Below are positions 41,300-52,573 of a stretch of DNA of 64,000 nt, piece by piece. Below the pieces are notes generated by a model that had not been told where the DNA came from, made no database searches, and was given only the letters and a program-made list of their open reading frames with translations. How positions within the stretch are numbered: position 1 is the stretch's first letter; the number at the start of each line of letters is the position of its first letter. A program made the translations under genes and the position numbers. This DNA comes from Psammoneis japonica (Eukaryota), in the NCBI GenBank assembly GCA_008632985.1, contig QPGO01000024.1, positions 573,848-637,847 on the forward strand, given 5' to 3'.

Positions 41300-44200
41300 C
41301 CAGTGGGGACATCAGGGTCAATCAGAAAAAGACCCAACAGATGAGACAGAGACAGCATGATGGGGAAGAAAAAAAGCAACCAAAATCCAACCAGACAAAG
41401 ATGCTGCATCTGTTCTTGAAGATGTCTGTGTTCCAAGAGAAGGCAGGGAAGCAGAAGTGGTGCAGCAACACAAAAGGTGGTGCTCCATGTGATTTTCCAA
41501 GTCAAAACCAAGTTGTCCAACTGGTCAGACCAAGTCCAACATCACAGTTGGTGGCAAGATGACAAGGACAAAGACCATGTTTGGAACCAAACCCAGAACA
41601 TTTGTGCTGGGAACACACAAGACCTTCCAACTGCACAATTGCCTGTGTGGCCTGACAGAGAAAGTTGCACACACTGATCAGGTGACAAAACAGCACAATG
41701 CAAATGTGAATCACACCACAGGGCACAAAATGGATGGTGCAGGGCCAGAGCTGGAGAATGCCGGCCAACTGTCAAACACGTTGGAAGAAACTTGTGACTT
41801 GAGCAGGCACCTGACCTTTGCAGAAAAGGCATTTTCTGACAGAGAACAAGCTGCCTGGGAGGGCATGGACACTTGGAACTCTTGCAGATCCAAATGCATG
41901 TGAGCCAGAGGGCTTGGATCTAAGAATGAGTCCATGGTTGCAGGGTGTCCACTGAAGCTGGCAACAGCTGAAAGGCACGCACAATTGCAGTTGGAAGGAT
42001 CACCACCACATGATGTTCCATTGTGATGGTTCCACCAAGGGCCGTGTTCGCTGTTGTTGCTGATTGCCATGACCAATCTGACAAGTGCTTGACCAATTGA
42101 GATGTGTGTGCTCAAAAGGATTGAACAAAGAAGACAAGACAAAGAAAGCAGCTGCCAAGAGATGGGCAAAGAGGAGAGGATCTTGATGAAAGATGACATT
42201 TTCTTGCACCATGCCCACGCATCAGCATCTGCCATCTGCAATGTTGGTGCTTCGTGCTTGCTGGGAAGACTGCAACAAACAATCTGTGGCTTGTGCAGAT
42301 GAGGCTGAGTGCAAGATGCTGTCAAAGAGCTGGTCCTGATCAGTCAGTCTCAATTCAGGCAAGCTTTCAATGACACTTCTGGGTCAATCATGATTGGATT
42401 GGCTGCATCCAAGAATGCGCTGAAAAAGCTTCAGGAGCCGGGGCAGTGCAGGGATCAACATGCACAACAGAACAGGATCCACATGCTGCTTGGGTTGTGA
42501 GGGAAGCAAGTGCAGAGCAAGTGGGACCCACCCTTGCAATTGGAGGCAAACAAGGGAAGGTGTGGGACTTTGCTGCAAAGTGCACAGCTGTTGACCTTGA
42601 GAGTGCTGACCAGACTGTTGGTTGGAACTGATTTTGCCCCATTGAGGTGGCAGTGCTGTGACAAGACAACAAGCCACATTCCATCATCATTTTGTCTGGG
42701 CAATGTTCCACTGCAAACACAAACAGCAGCAGCTCCATCCACCAATGCTGAAGAAAATGAGATGGGACATCGTCAAAATCAAACAATTCATGAATGCCAT
42801 TGCAGTCAGCAAGCCAAGTGAACTCTCAACCAAACAATGACTTCTTCTGCTTGGGGAACACCCAGCGGCCAACTGATGTCTTGCCTGCACAAGAGTGGCA
42901 TGATTTTTCTGATGCAGTGGTGGCACGCACAACAAGAAGACTGTTGGTCTCAGAGGAATGCCCCCGGCCATTGCAGATCAAAAAAACATGGACCACCTTG
43001 AATTTCAGCAAGCTCAGCTGCTTCAGCCAAGCAAACATTGGGATTGGCCTGGAGCAGGGGGCTGCTCCCACTGCATCTTTGCTCCAATTGGTCTTGACAT
43101 GGAATTGCCAGCTGCAATCTGGTCAAGCTAAAACCAGACCCAACAAAACATCCTGCCAGAATCCAGCAAAGAATGCTCATTTGACATCTGGTTCCATGGC
43201 ACCAGGTCCTGGTTGTTTTGCTTGAAGCTGTCTAAAAGGAGTCAATCTCACTTCAAATCATTCTTTCCAGTTTTGGCAAAAACTGAATGCAGCAATCAAC
43301 ATGCAAAGGCTGCCCCTTGTTTTGGGCAGAGGCAAGGATTGGAGTGCATCAAGCTTGGTGTGAGCTGGAGAGCTCCCATCCTCACAGATGTCAAGCCCTG
43401 CAAATTCCACTGTTGGAGACAACCACTTGCATTTCTTGAGCTTGGTGGTGATGAAGTGGTGCTGGAGCACCTTGAGAACAACCTCAAAGTGTGGGAATGG
43501 CCATTTTGTCAAGGGCACAAAATGTGTGCAGTCATCATGATGACTTTGGAGCTGCAAGGTTGAATGACAAAGCAGACACCAATGCCATCACAATCAAGAT
43601 CTGGGTGCTTGTCAAAGAATTGAGCTTCTTGTTCTTTTTGCAATGCGGCCATCATGGCAACAAAAATTGCACGTGCATTGACAAAGCCCATTGGCATCAC
43701 ATTCCAGCAGCTTTTGCCTTTGGGAGCAAAAAACGCCATCTTTGCTCTTGGTGCCTTCTCAAGCAACACTTGCCAATGACCACAGTCAAGATCAAAACTG
43801 AGAAAAACTTGGCTTGTGGCAGGATGTCTTGCACCACATTGTCAAACCAAGGTGTGTGGAAGTTGAAAGGATGAGTGACCTGATTCAACCTGTGGCAAGA
43901 GACACAAAGGCACCAAATGCATTGGTGCCATGGCATGTTTTCTTGATGTGGTTTTGCAGCCAGAATGACAAGGGCTCCCCAAGGGCTCTCGGCATCACAA
44001 AAAATCAAATCATTGTTTTCAAGATGATCCAAGAGCTTTGCCATGGTGCAAGACTTGTGGGGGGCACATTGAGGCAGCTTGCAACACACTGGAACTACAT
44101 CCCTGGTGTCAATCTGACACAAGAAACCTGGATGTGTTTTCTCAGCCCTTCTTCATGAAATGCAGCCACAATCTTTGAACATGACTTCCATGCCAACTGG

Positions 44201-47200
44201 CAGGTCCAGGCAATCACCCAGCTCCATGTGATGTGATGGCAACTTTGGGCACCAGATCTTCTCAGTGGTGCGATCAGCACCTTGTAAATTTGGTGATGGC
44301 TTGGATGGAAACAAAGGTTTGAGCACATCAGTTGCTGGACTGGTTTGATCAGCAACAAGGACAGATGAAGATGCAGATGTGACAAACTTGCAATGTGATC
44401 TTGTGGAATCAATGAGAAATGCAGACGGCATGGCCCACTGCCACAGCAGGCCTTGGAATGTCAGCATTGCACTTGCACATGGATTTGACAAGCAAAACAA
44501 AGATTCCAAGGTCAGACCAGAGAACAACTCTCATTCATGCAGCTCAATCCCAGGGACAAAGTTGTGCTCTGGATTTGGTGCAAGCAGGTCCTCACGTTGA
44601 GCCAGCATGAAGAACTCCAACAAATTGTCAAAGACAGCACATGCTTGGTTGACCAAAAGTTGCCATTCAGCTGCCAGTGCCACAGAGACCTTGACTTCAA
44701 CCTGAGCTTGTTCAATGGCTTCAGATGCAGGTTTCTACCATGTCAAGTCAAGCAGGCAGGGAAGAAGCATGAGCACCTTGTGAGCCTGCACCTCCCATCA
44801 AAGGCACTTGGTCTGCTTGATGCAGGATTTGACAACAAACAGGGAATGCATGACCAAGGCATTGGCACAACAGCATGTCTTCTGACTCACTGTGCATGAA
44901 GAGAATGCTGTTGGTGGCTTGCACGAGTGGCAAACTTAAAATTGTGTTGGCAGATGCTGATTTAACTGACAAACCAAATGAAGCCATCACATTCTGGGCA
45001 CTCACCTTGAAAGGGGTTTTGTGGGCAATGACTGTGACAACTCAGGTCACATCACCATTTTCATTGACACCTCCAACAGAAAACTCAAGGTTGTCCATGT
45101 CCTTGATGTGCTTGAAGGTTTCTACAATGTCAGGATTTGCCTTGCAAATGCTCTTGTGGTGCACTGGACATCCCAGGCTGAGTCCAGTGCAAGTGTCAAC
45201 CATGGCGGTGTTCAGGGTGGCTTGGTGCTTGGTGCCAACTGGGAAACAAATGTGAGCACAACTCAGCTTGCTCTCCTGATCAAATCCTGGGCACTTTTGC
45301 TGATGCTTCCACAACTTGAAAATCAATCAGCAATGGGAAACAAATGAAATCAGCGCTGCCTGCACCTTGTCACAACGTGTCACCTGGTGGTTGTGGGGGA
45401 CAAACCAGAGCAGTGTGACCCCATTTGTCATGCAACAGCAACAAGCAGCACACCGTTTGAGTTGCATTTGAAGTTGATGGGTTGGCAATGGACACAACAA
45501 GATCTGCCATCTGTTTGGAGGGGTGTCCATCTTTCTCCCATGAGGAATGAAAAAACATGCAGTGCTGCTGGAAGCTTGTGCAGCATTGTCTAAAGATCCA
45601 TCTTGTGACAGAGCGCTGAGAGGAGGAATGCCCCACGGATGTTTGGCTGGAGTCAGAGAGGAAGCATTTGCTTGTGCTGCCAAATTGCCATGATGAGGAC
45701 AACTGTGCCAACAATGAAAACACTCCTTGTGGAATGACTTGTGACCTGTGCATCCCCAGCACTCAACAAGAGGAAATGATGTGATGGGGCAGCTCATTGC
45801 ATGGCATCCTCTGCTGCACTGAGGAGCACAGACGTGAGCATGGAAATTTGACACAGATCATCTGCATTGTCAATGTTGTCCATGCCCTTGCTTTGAACTT
45901 GTGTTTGGCCACTCTGCACTTGACATGTGACAGGGTCCTTGGGATGACAATCATGTTCTGAGTTTGGGACAGTGGCAAAGGCTTGGGCACCTGCATCAAT
46001 CAGATGGGAGCAAGAGCCTTGTGCACTGGAACGCAATGCAATGCCCCAAGCTCTGTTCACCTCTCAGCGCACTTGCAAAATCTGGCACTCTTGAGTGTTG
46101 GTCTTGTTGGGTGGTCTTGCAGGATCACTGAACAGAGGATCAGCCACTTCTCCTTGATCCATTGAGTTCTGATCCAAAGCAGAGTGGAAAACTTGTGGCA
46201 GGTCAAGAGTGAGCTGGCAATCTGGCACAACATGCTGACCCGCTTTCAGAAAACAAGGCAGAAATCTTCTGTGTTGCAGTGGTGTGGCTGTCCATCCACC
46301 ATTGCAGTTTGTTCTAAGTGCAAAACAGTGTCCACAATCTGAGCATCCATGACAGTGGCTCCACTGAGGAACTCCACTTTAGTGCGCTCTCACAAGAGAC
46401 GCAGTTTGCAGTCAAAGAATTGCTCACTTGAAACAAAGCTTGGCCAGCAGGATGGTTCAGAATGCCCAGTGTCGGAAAGATGCTGCCAAGATGGGCCACA
46501 CAAGCATTCAATGTGGCTTGAGGATCACACAAAACTGCTGCTGTCAATGCTGGAAGCAGCAGCTCTGATCCATCATCTAGATGAGTGGGGTCGTTTATGA
46601 CAGGCCAGGTGTTGGGAGCTGAGCGGCCACTGGGAATGTTTTGGCACTCAAGCAAGCAGTGCTGAGGACATCAGGGGCCCAATTGAAAGCCAGAGCGGCA
46701 TCAATTGTGAGGTCAAAAGTGCAGAACTTTGCATTGTGGCAAACATTCTGGACAAATGGGGGAGGAGGTCCCTGCCGGATTGGGGGTTGCTGGGAAGTTG
46801 AGTGCGCCACCCCTTTCTGTGCAGATCATTGGGCTGCTGAACAGAAGCATCCCAGCTGGGGCTCCTGGCACAGTGACAGGAACATCCAGCCCAGCTGCAT
46901 TGTCACAAAGGCATCATCTGAGTGCGCTGTTGCCTCACCAGACAAGTGATTGATGGAAAGCATGAACTCAGAACATTGTGTTTGGTGGTGAGTGCAGGTG
47001 TGCATGGAGTTGCATTGATGCTGCTGACCATCAAACAACAGGAGTGCTATCTCCACAGAGTTCTCTGGCACTGCAGTGCAAAGATTCGCAAGTTTCTGTG
47101 GCAGGTTGAAGGTGCACAAGCCCCGCTGCACCTGTTCTTGGGTGATGACGGCGAGGGGGTCATTGCGACAACGGCCACCTCCCCTCCCTGCACAAAGTTG

Positions 47201-47341
47201 AGCCGACATCACAACAAGGCAAACAAGCAGAAAAGGTCGGGGTTCGACTTGCAGGGTGGGATGTAAAGACAACTGCAACACAGGAAGTCCTGTCTCTCGC
47301 ACGTCATAATGGATGACTGACTGACGGACGCTGTCGTTACA
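41300..47341 (-). mobile_element. Ty3/gypsy LTR retrotransposon remnant (gag knuckle, protease, RT, RNase H, probable integrase)
   Basis: Domain order on the minus strand: CWGC..H..CP (~45700), MVDTCTG protease (~45190), SPWGALVILAAKP..CLCVSCHRLN, AFFAPKG..VMPMGFVNA, KLKKCKW..VEFAG (43300-44100), EFTWLADC..QHWWMELL (~42750); candidate LTR start TGTAAC at 47341; 3' limit approximate. Confidence 0.88.
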
Positions 47342-47661
47342 GACGCCATTGTGGGAATAATCCAGAATTTTGGGCACTCGAGTAGCTTACAATCACGCCC
47401 TATCGTGTATCGTAATTTTAGTGTACAGCATGCATGGGAGCAACAACTCACACAAGGCCATTGAGCCTCTAGAGAGTAAATTAGAAAATTATGAATATTC
47501 GATATGACAAGGCAAATAAATACGAAAGAGGCAGGAATACAGTTGTTTTCGAAGCTGGGTCCAGCCGAGGGACATGGAGCTACCCAAAGATGAGAGGCGA
47601 TAGATGGATATAAGACCATCAATGTCGCATCGGAAGTTGCAACATCCATGCTCAGCTTCTG

Positions 47662-49042
47662 TTAGGCGAAGATTTCGTCATCTTCCTGTTCTTCTTCTGG
47701 GATGCTATCTAAACTAGGACAACCATCCGTGCTCGGCGACGTCTTTCTTCTTCTATCATCTCGTCGTTTCTTTTTTCTCTGACGATTAGAGCTTCTGCTG
47801 CCTCCGTCTTCTCGAAATGTCATTGATGCAGGTCCAGCTACAAATTAGCCGACAACGAACCCTCTCCGTTAGACAGGTTGTGAGCATTGATTCCATTTTC
47901 TTGTTTCTGTAAGGCAAGAAAGTCCGTAGTAGCCAAGGATCCAGGAATATCTGCACCCTCCATTGATTCCGCTTCTGTAAAACCCTCGGACCTTCTGTGG
48001 AGCGATGGACCATCCCCGTCGAGGTCGGCGGCTAGAACACCCTGCGCATTCATCGATGCGTCCTTTTCATTTACATTTCGTCTCCTCCGGTACACAAACG
48101 CCAAAATAGCAAAGGAAAACACGGCAATGATCCCGATGCATAGCAAAGTGATACCCAAAGAGTCTAAGCCACCGCTTCCAGAGTTGTTGCCAGCGCCCCT
48201 GGTCCCGTTGTCGCCCTCAATACCCGCTGTTCCCTCGCCCGGTTCGTCAGTCCTGTCACCGATAAAAGAAGCCTTTCGGAGATCTCCAGCTACATAGATA
48301 TCATTCTGCATACCTTCACGAATAAATCGCTTGAGCGCGCTTCGAACGAAGGCTTCCTGACTGGGATCCGCTATCACCCCGTCCTTCATGTACGCTGTCA
48401 AGAAACCAGTCATGGCTTGACATGTTGAACCGCTAGAGACGGAAGGGGGCACAAAAACCATGCACTCAGCTTAATGCGACAGATTTTTTTTTGAAAAAAA
48501 GAATAGGTTGAGAAGATAGATACAAAAGCATCATTGTGTATCAAACACGATTGACTTACGATGTTCCAAGTCCTTTTCATCAATAGGATCTGAACTTAGT
48601 GAATCGAGAAGGTCAGGAAAGTCTTGTAGGCTTCTGCTGCCGACAACCTCGACACTCGCAGTAATTGGACAATCAACAAGACCTGTAGCAGTAGCAAGTT
48701 GTTCGAGGATGGATCCTTCTAGAGCTGCTAGAGTGCTGTTGAAATCGGCCCCTGTGTGAAATGCATCTCATAGTCAAACTCCACCACTATTCTTGAAGGA
48801 TCACTTGCGATCGCGGTATCATTGCTGGCAGCCACCCTCCCATTACAGTCGTATAGCGTAATATTGCATGGGTTAGGGTCGTCCGCTTCGATTGATTCAA
48901 AAGGATCGTTCGAAACGGCAATGCGACACGGGCTAATGTAATCGACAAACACCTGGAAAATGTCATCTTCGAGCTCGGTTAGCTCGCGAAATGGCACGAG
49001 AGGAGGAAGCTCTCCACGGCGACGGAGCACACTATTTCTCAT
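47662..49042 (-). CDS. Single-pass membrane protein; intron 48470-48559; two apparent 1-bp frameshifts (~48750, ~47843)
   Basis: TM segment LGITLLCIGIIAVFSFAILAFVY followed by RRRR; the reading frame is continuous if one base is added in a G4 run and one in a T3 run; 5' end uncertain. Confidence 0.65.
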
Positions 49043-49497
49043 AACGAGGTGTGACGACTATAGCGAATGGTGGTTTTTCAACGTTTTGAGGAATGTGTTG
49101 ATGTCAAAGAAATAAAATGAACACCACAGCGTTTGTGGCGGTCCGGGTCGCGATGAGGAGGTCGAAGGGTGAAAAAACAATCCTCAATCGCGCGGGAATA
49201 TTTTCATTTAATTATGAAAATATTCAAATTTGAATAAGTACTTCGAACACTCTTCCTATGACATTGTACTTTATAAATGATATCAAAATATTTTATATTA
49301 GATTTATTGGAAACCCAACGGAATGAGCCATAAATAAGCTATACAGACTTGATTAGTATGACGATCGAAATTGGAACGACTGATGATTCTGGAGGGAAAT
49401 TAAAAATGGCGCTGCTTGTTGGAGGGGCTAAAATCAGTCCCAAGCGTCCCCGCGGGGGACTGTAGATATATGTGACTTGGTAACGAGAACAAGAAAC

Positions 49498-49543
49498 NNN
49501 NNNNNNNNNNNNNNNNNNNNNNNNNNNNNNNNNNNNNNNNNNN
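49498..49543. other. Assembly gap (46 N)
   Basis: Run of N. Confidence 1.
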
Positions 49544-50014
49544 GATTGATGCAATTATTCCCACAGGATCAAAAGCGACAGCGCATTGTCAAGGATCAAT
49601 CGTAACATTTCCCGCGCAATTCAACGCGTCTGAGAAATTTGGAATTGCTGGTTGGCAGTGGACAATACAAACACCGTTCCCATGCTCTGGCGGATTCTCA
49701 CTCCGCTCTATATGTAGGCCATCATCTATCTGCAGCACCTTCAAATAAATGCGCGCTACTTGTTCATTCTCTGATGAACCTGGCACCGACGCGACTCTGG
49801 CCGTGCGTCGGTGTCCGACCCGGAACGCACATCATGACACAGGACACCACAGCGCAGACCAATCCTTCCCGCAGACGCACCTACCGCACCGAAACCAGCA
49901 TTGGCATTCCGCTGAGTAACACAATACACAACCGTGAGGCATAAGAGTGCTACAGTATTGAATTTGATACTCTATCCCAGTAGAGGCAAACGAGCAGAAG
50001 AGCACATCGCGGCA

Positions 50015-50827
50015 ATGAGCATGATGAGTATGACAGCGGCAGGTTTGATACGTCAGAGCTCGTGTTTCAACCACTCTTGGAGTTCCCGTAAAATTGGCAG
50101 TCAAACAAGAGGATGCCTACAAAATTTCTGCAGTACAAGCACTCGCCAGTCAGAACGTGAGACAGAGTTAAAAGCAAAACGTGCAAGACGAAAATCAATG
50201 GAGGAAAAACGAGCTCAAATGGACGCCTTTCTGAAAGCGCAGCAAGAAAAACAACGAGAAGAGCAGCTCACCCAAAATAACAACAACAACAAGGACCAAT
50301 CAGATCAAGATGACAGAATCGCAACCGTAGAGCAGCGCCAACTTTATAACCGTGAGCACGCTGAGTTACTAGAGGAGGCTTCTGCTCTGACAAGGTCGCT
50401 GTATCGCACGTGTCTTCGATGTGTCAAGGTGTTGCGTCCAGGAAACGACAATGATGAACAAGAATTTCGAGAACGCGAAGCCAAACAAATCGAGTCAATG
50501 GAACAGGCGCTCCGCCAATCCAATGAAGGCGAAGCTTTCTTTAGCATGTCACCTCCGGTGGATCGCGAGAATGAATTGTCGTCTCGCGCTGCATACTATT
50601 ATGCGTGGACCCGAGAAGGCTTTGAGCAAGAGTCGGATTGTCTCAATCACAATCCTTGGAGAGAATCGCATGTGGAACGTTATCTTTATTTTCTGAAAAT
50701 GGGAGAACATCGACGAAAGTGGGTTTTAAAAGATTACAAATTCGATGATCCGTACCCGGATGTGTTTGACAAGGAACGAATCGGAAAATTCAAGAGCCGA
50801 GCATTTAAGTTATTGCGTGATTCCTAA
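50015..50827 (+). CDS. Hypothetical protein, probable mitochondrial presequence, LYR-like motif
   Basis: Long ORF with a coiled-coil segment; SLYRTCLRCVKVL. Confidence 0.6.
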   Translation: MSMMSMTAAGLIRQSSCFNHSWSSRKIGSQTRGCLQNFCSTSTRQSERETELKAKRARRKSMEEKRAQMDAFLKAQQEKQREEQLTQNNNNNKDQSDQDDRIATVEQRQLYNREHAELLEEASALTRSLYRTCLRCVKVLRPGNDNDEQEFREREAKQIESMEQALRQSNEGEAFFSMSPPVDRENELSSRAAYYYAWTREGFEQESDCLNHNPWRESHVERYLYFLKMGEHRRKWVLKDYKFDDPYPDVFDKERIGKFKSRAFKLLRDS

Positions 50828-50848
50828 TGTTACAATAGTGTCGTTTAT

Positions 50849-52126
50849 CTATGGCAACAACCAAAGACAGTGTCGTGCTCGTATAGTTTGTTGCTGTTGT
50901 TGCACAAGATCCACTGCCTGTTTTCTCAAATCGTTCAAATCGCCATTGTTGTTGGAGTGGATATTTCGAGTCGGAGGCGTCAAGCCACGCCTACGCTGCT
51001 TGAGAGGCGGTGGAAAGGCACTCTCTAGTAGCTTGTCTAATGCTGCTTGGTGTTGCTGGTGCTGCTCTTGCAAGCCCAACGTGTCGTTTCGTACCTGTCT
51101 AGCTTCTGACAAGTCTTGCGCAATCGCCGTCATGAGTGGACCTAGAGCATCATGGATCGAATCACCCTTGTTCAGCAATGTTGCTATAGGTTCAGCTGGT
51201 GTTTTCAAGAGCGAATTAATTCCGTCCCAGCTACTCTGGAGCGACGAGTGTCGTCGCTTGAGTTGATTCATCATTACATCAGAATGATGCTGATTCTGTT
51301 CGTCACTGGACGACGACTCGACGTTTGCAAGAGAATCAAACGGTGAGTCTCGTTGTCCTGGTTCCAAAAACGACGACGAAGTGGCACTGCTTTCCGTAGG
51401 AGTGGTGCATGTTGATCCTTCTGTTTGAATCATCATTGTCGAGGGATCCTTACGTCGGTTCAACAGTGACTGCAACTCGGTACCTGCCTTCTCCAAAAGC
51501 TCGTAAGCGTCGGTCGCATCCTTGTCGAGACACGTTGCCATGCTGAAAATCCTCAGACAGCATATATCAAAGAAGAGCATAAGACACGGGGGAAGATGTT
51601 TCTTGGGGTCGTGCTTGGTGACTCCAGGTATGATTTGAATGTGTTTGAGTTGCTTGGTGTCGACACGAAACACATGTTGCTCGCCCACATAAAAGTAAAG
51701 ATCCACTCGTTCGTCGAGAGTGTCCTTACGTACAACTGTATCAGTATTAGGAGTTTTTGGTGATTGAGAAGAAGTAATGCTACCACCACCTAATGTTGTG
51801 GAGGAGCCAGAAGACGCCGCTGGCGAACCTGCCGTTTTCAATGAGCTCGTTGTCGCTGTAGATGATGATCTGCGGACAATCGCAACTTCCATGTGCGTCA
51901 CTGACGGATCAAACGACTTTTTATTTTGCTTGATGCTCTGATCTGTGAGCGGCGGTGCAAACGAGGCAGGGCCAATCAAGGATTCATTCGAGCTTTCGAT
52001 CGAGGTGGGCTCGAAAGATACCACGTGCTCGTGTAGCATCACTTGAGCTTCCGCGGGTGGCCATGACAGAGCTGGATCCTGCTTTTCAAGAAAGGTCAAG
52101 GCACGGAGAAACACCTCTCGGTCCAT
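50849..52126 (-). CDS. Hypothetical protein (425 aa)
   Basis: Uninterrupted ATG-to-stop ORF with normal composition; no family recognised. Confidence 0.7.
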   Translation of the reverse strand: MDREVFLRALTFLEKQDPALSWPPAEAQVMLHEHVVSFEPTSIESSNESLIGPASFAPPLTDQSIKQNKKSFDPSVTHMEVAIVRRSSSTATTSSLKTAGSPAASSGSSTTLGGGSITSSQSPKTPNTDTVVRKDTLDERVDLYFYVGEQHVFRVDTKQLKHIQIIPGVTKHDPKKHLPPCLMLFFDICCLRIFSMATCLDKDATDAYELLEKAGTELQSLLNRRKDPSTMMIQTEGSTCTTPTESSATSSSFLEPGQRDSPFDSLANVESSSSDEQNQHHSDVMMNQLKRRHSSLQSSWDGINSLLKTPAEPIATLLNKGDSIHDALGPLMTAIAQDLSEARQVRNDTLGLQEQHQQHQAALDKLLESAFPPPLKQRRRGLTPPTRNIHSNNNGDLNDLRKQAVDLVQQQQQTIRARHCLWLLP

Positions 52127-52573
52127 ACTAATTTTATAACAGTACTGTTGTTATGTAGAGTTGCAAGAAGTGCTTGCTTCTCACCTCATCCGTTGCCAAA
52201 AAAGCAGATAAGAAAAGCTGCAAAATCGAAATGGCGCACTCACGAGCTCGCAGAGTTCTAAGAAGAACGGAATCTCCTGAGGTGAGTTGAAGAGAAATCG
52301 GTTGGTAGGTCTCCATCGTAGCAAGTACTGATACACTACGTGGAATCTACGGACAACGCAACACAGCGCATTGCGGCGTGACCACTTTGGAGATTCCTAT
52401 TTCAGTGACAAGTTGTTACGGTGACGAGGAATCTTCCGCAACCATTTTAGAAAAAGAGCAGGTTGGAGGGAGTCGTCGTCGGGGAGAAAAAAAAGACACT
52501 GCAATACGTAACACAGAAGCAGTGCAATTTGATTGATTGAAGCTCCATAGGCAGCACAGAAACAGAAAGAATA

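Larger units (their letters stand above)
30970..47300. mobile_element. ~16-kb cluster of decayed transposons, TpA/CpG-depleted
   Basis: Contains Copia and Ty3/gypsy pol remnants plus unidentified segments (31000-33500, 36300-41300). Confidence 0.8.

Noticed and set aside
30970..47300. Classical RIP as the explanation
   Set aside because: RIP converts CpA to TpA and enriches TA; the opposite is seen here
47200..47346. Paired LTRs and target-site duplication for the gypsy element
   Set aside because: Only a candidate TGTAAC terminus is visible; I could not find a matching second LTR by eye
19195..47377. Numerous overlapping Cys/His/Gln/Trp-rich ORFs in all six frames within the depleted blocks
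   Set aside because: Artefact of TpA loss: TAA/TAG stops and Tyr codons are removed and TG/CA codons inflated. They are not metal-binding or selenoprotein genes, and there is no evidence of a changed genetic code because true genes here end in TAA, TAG and TGA
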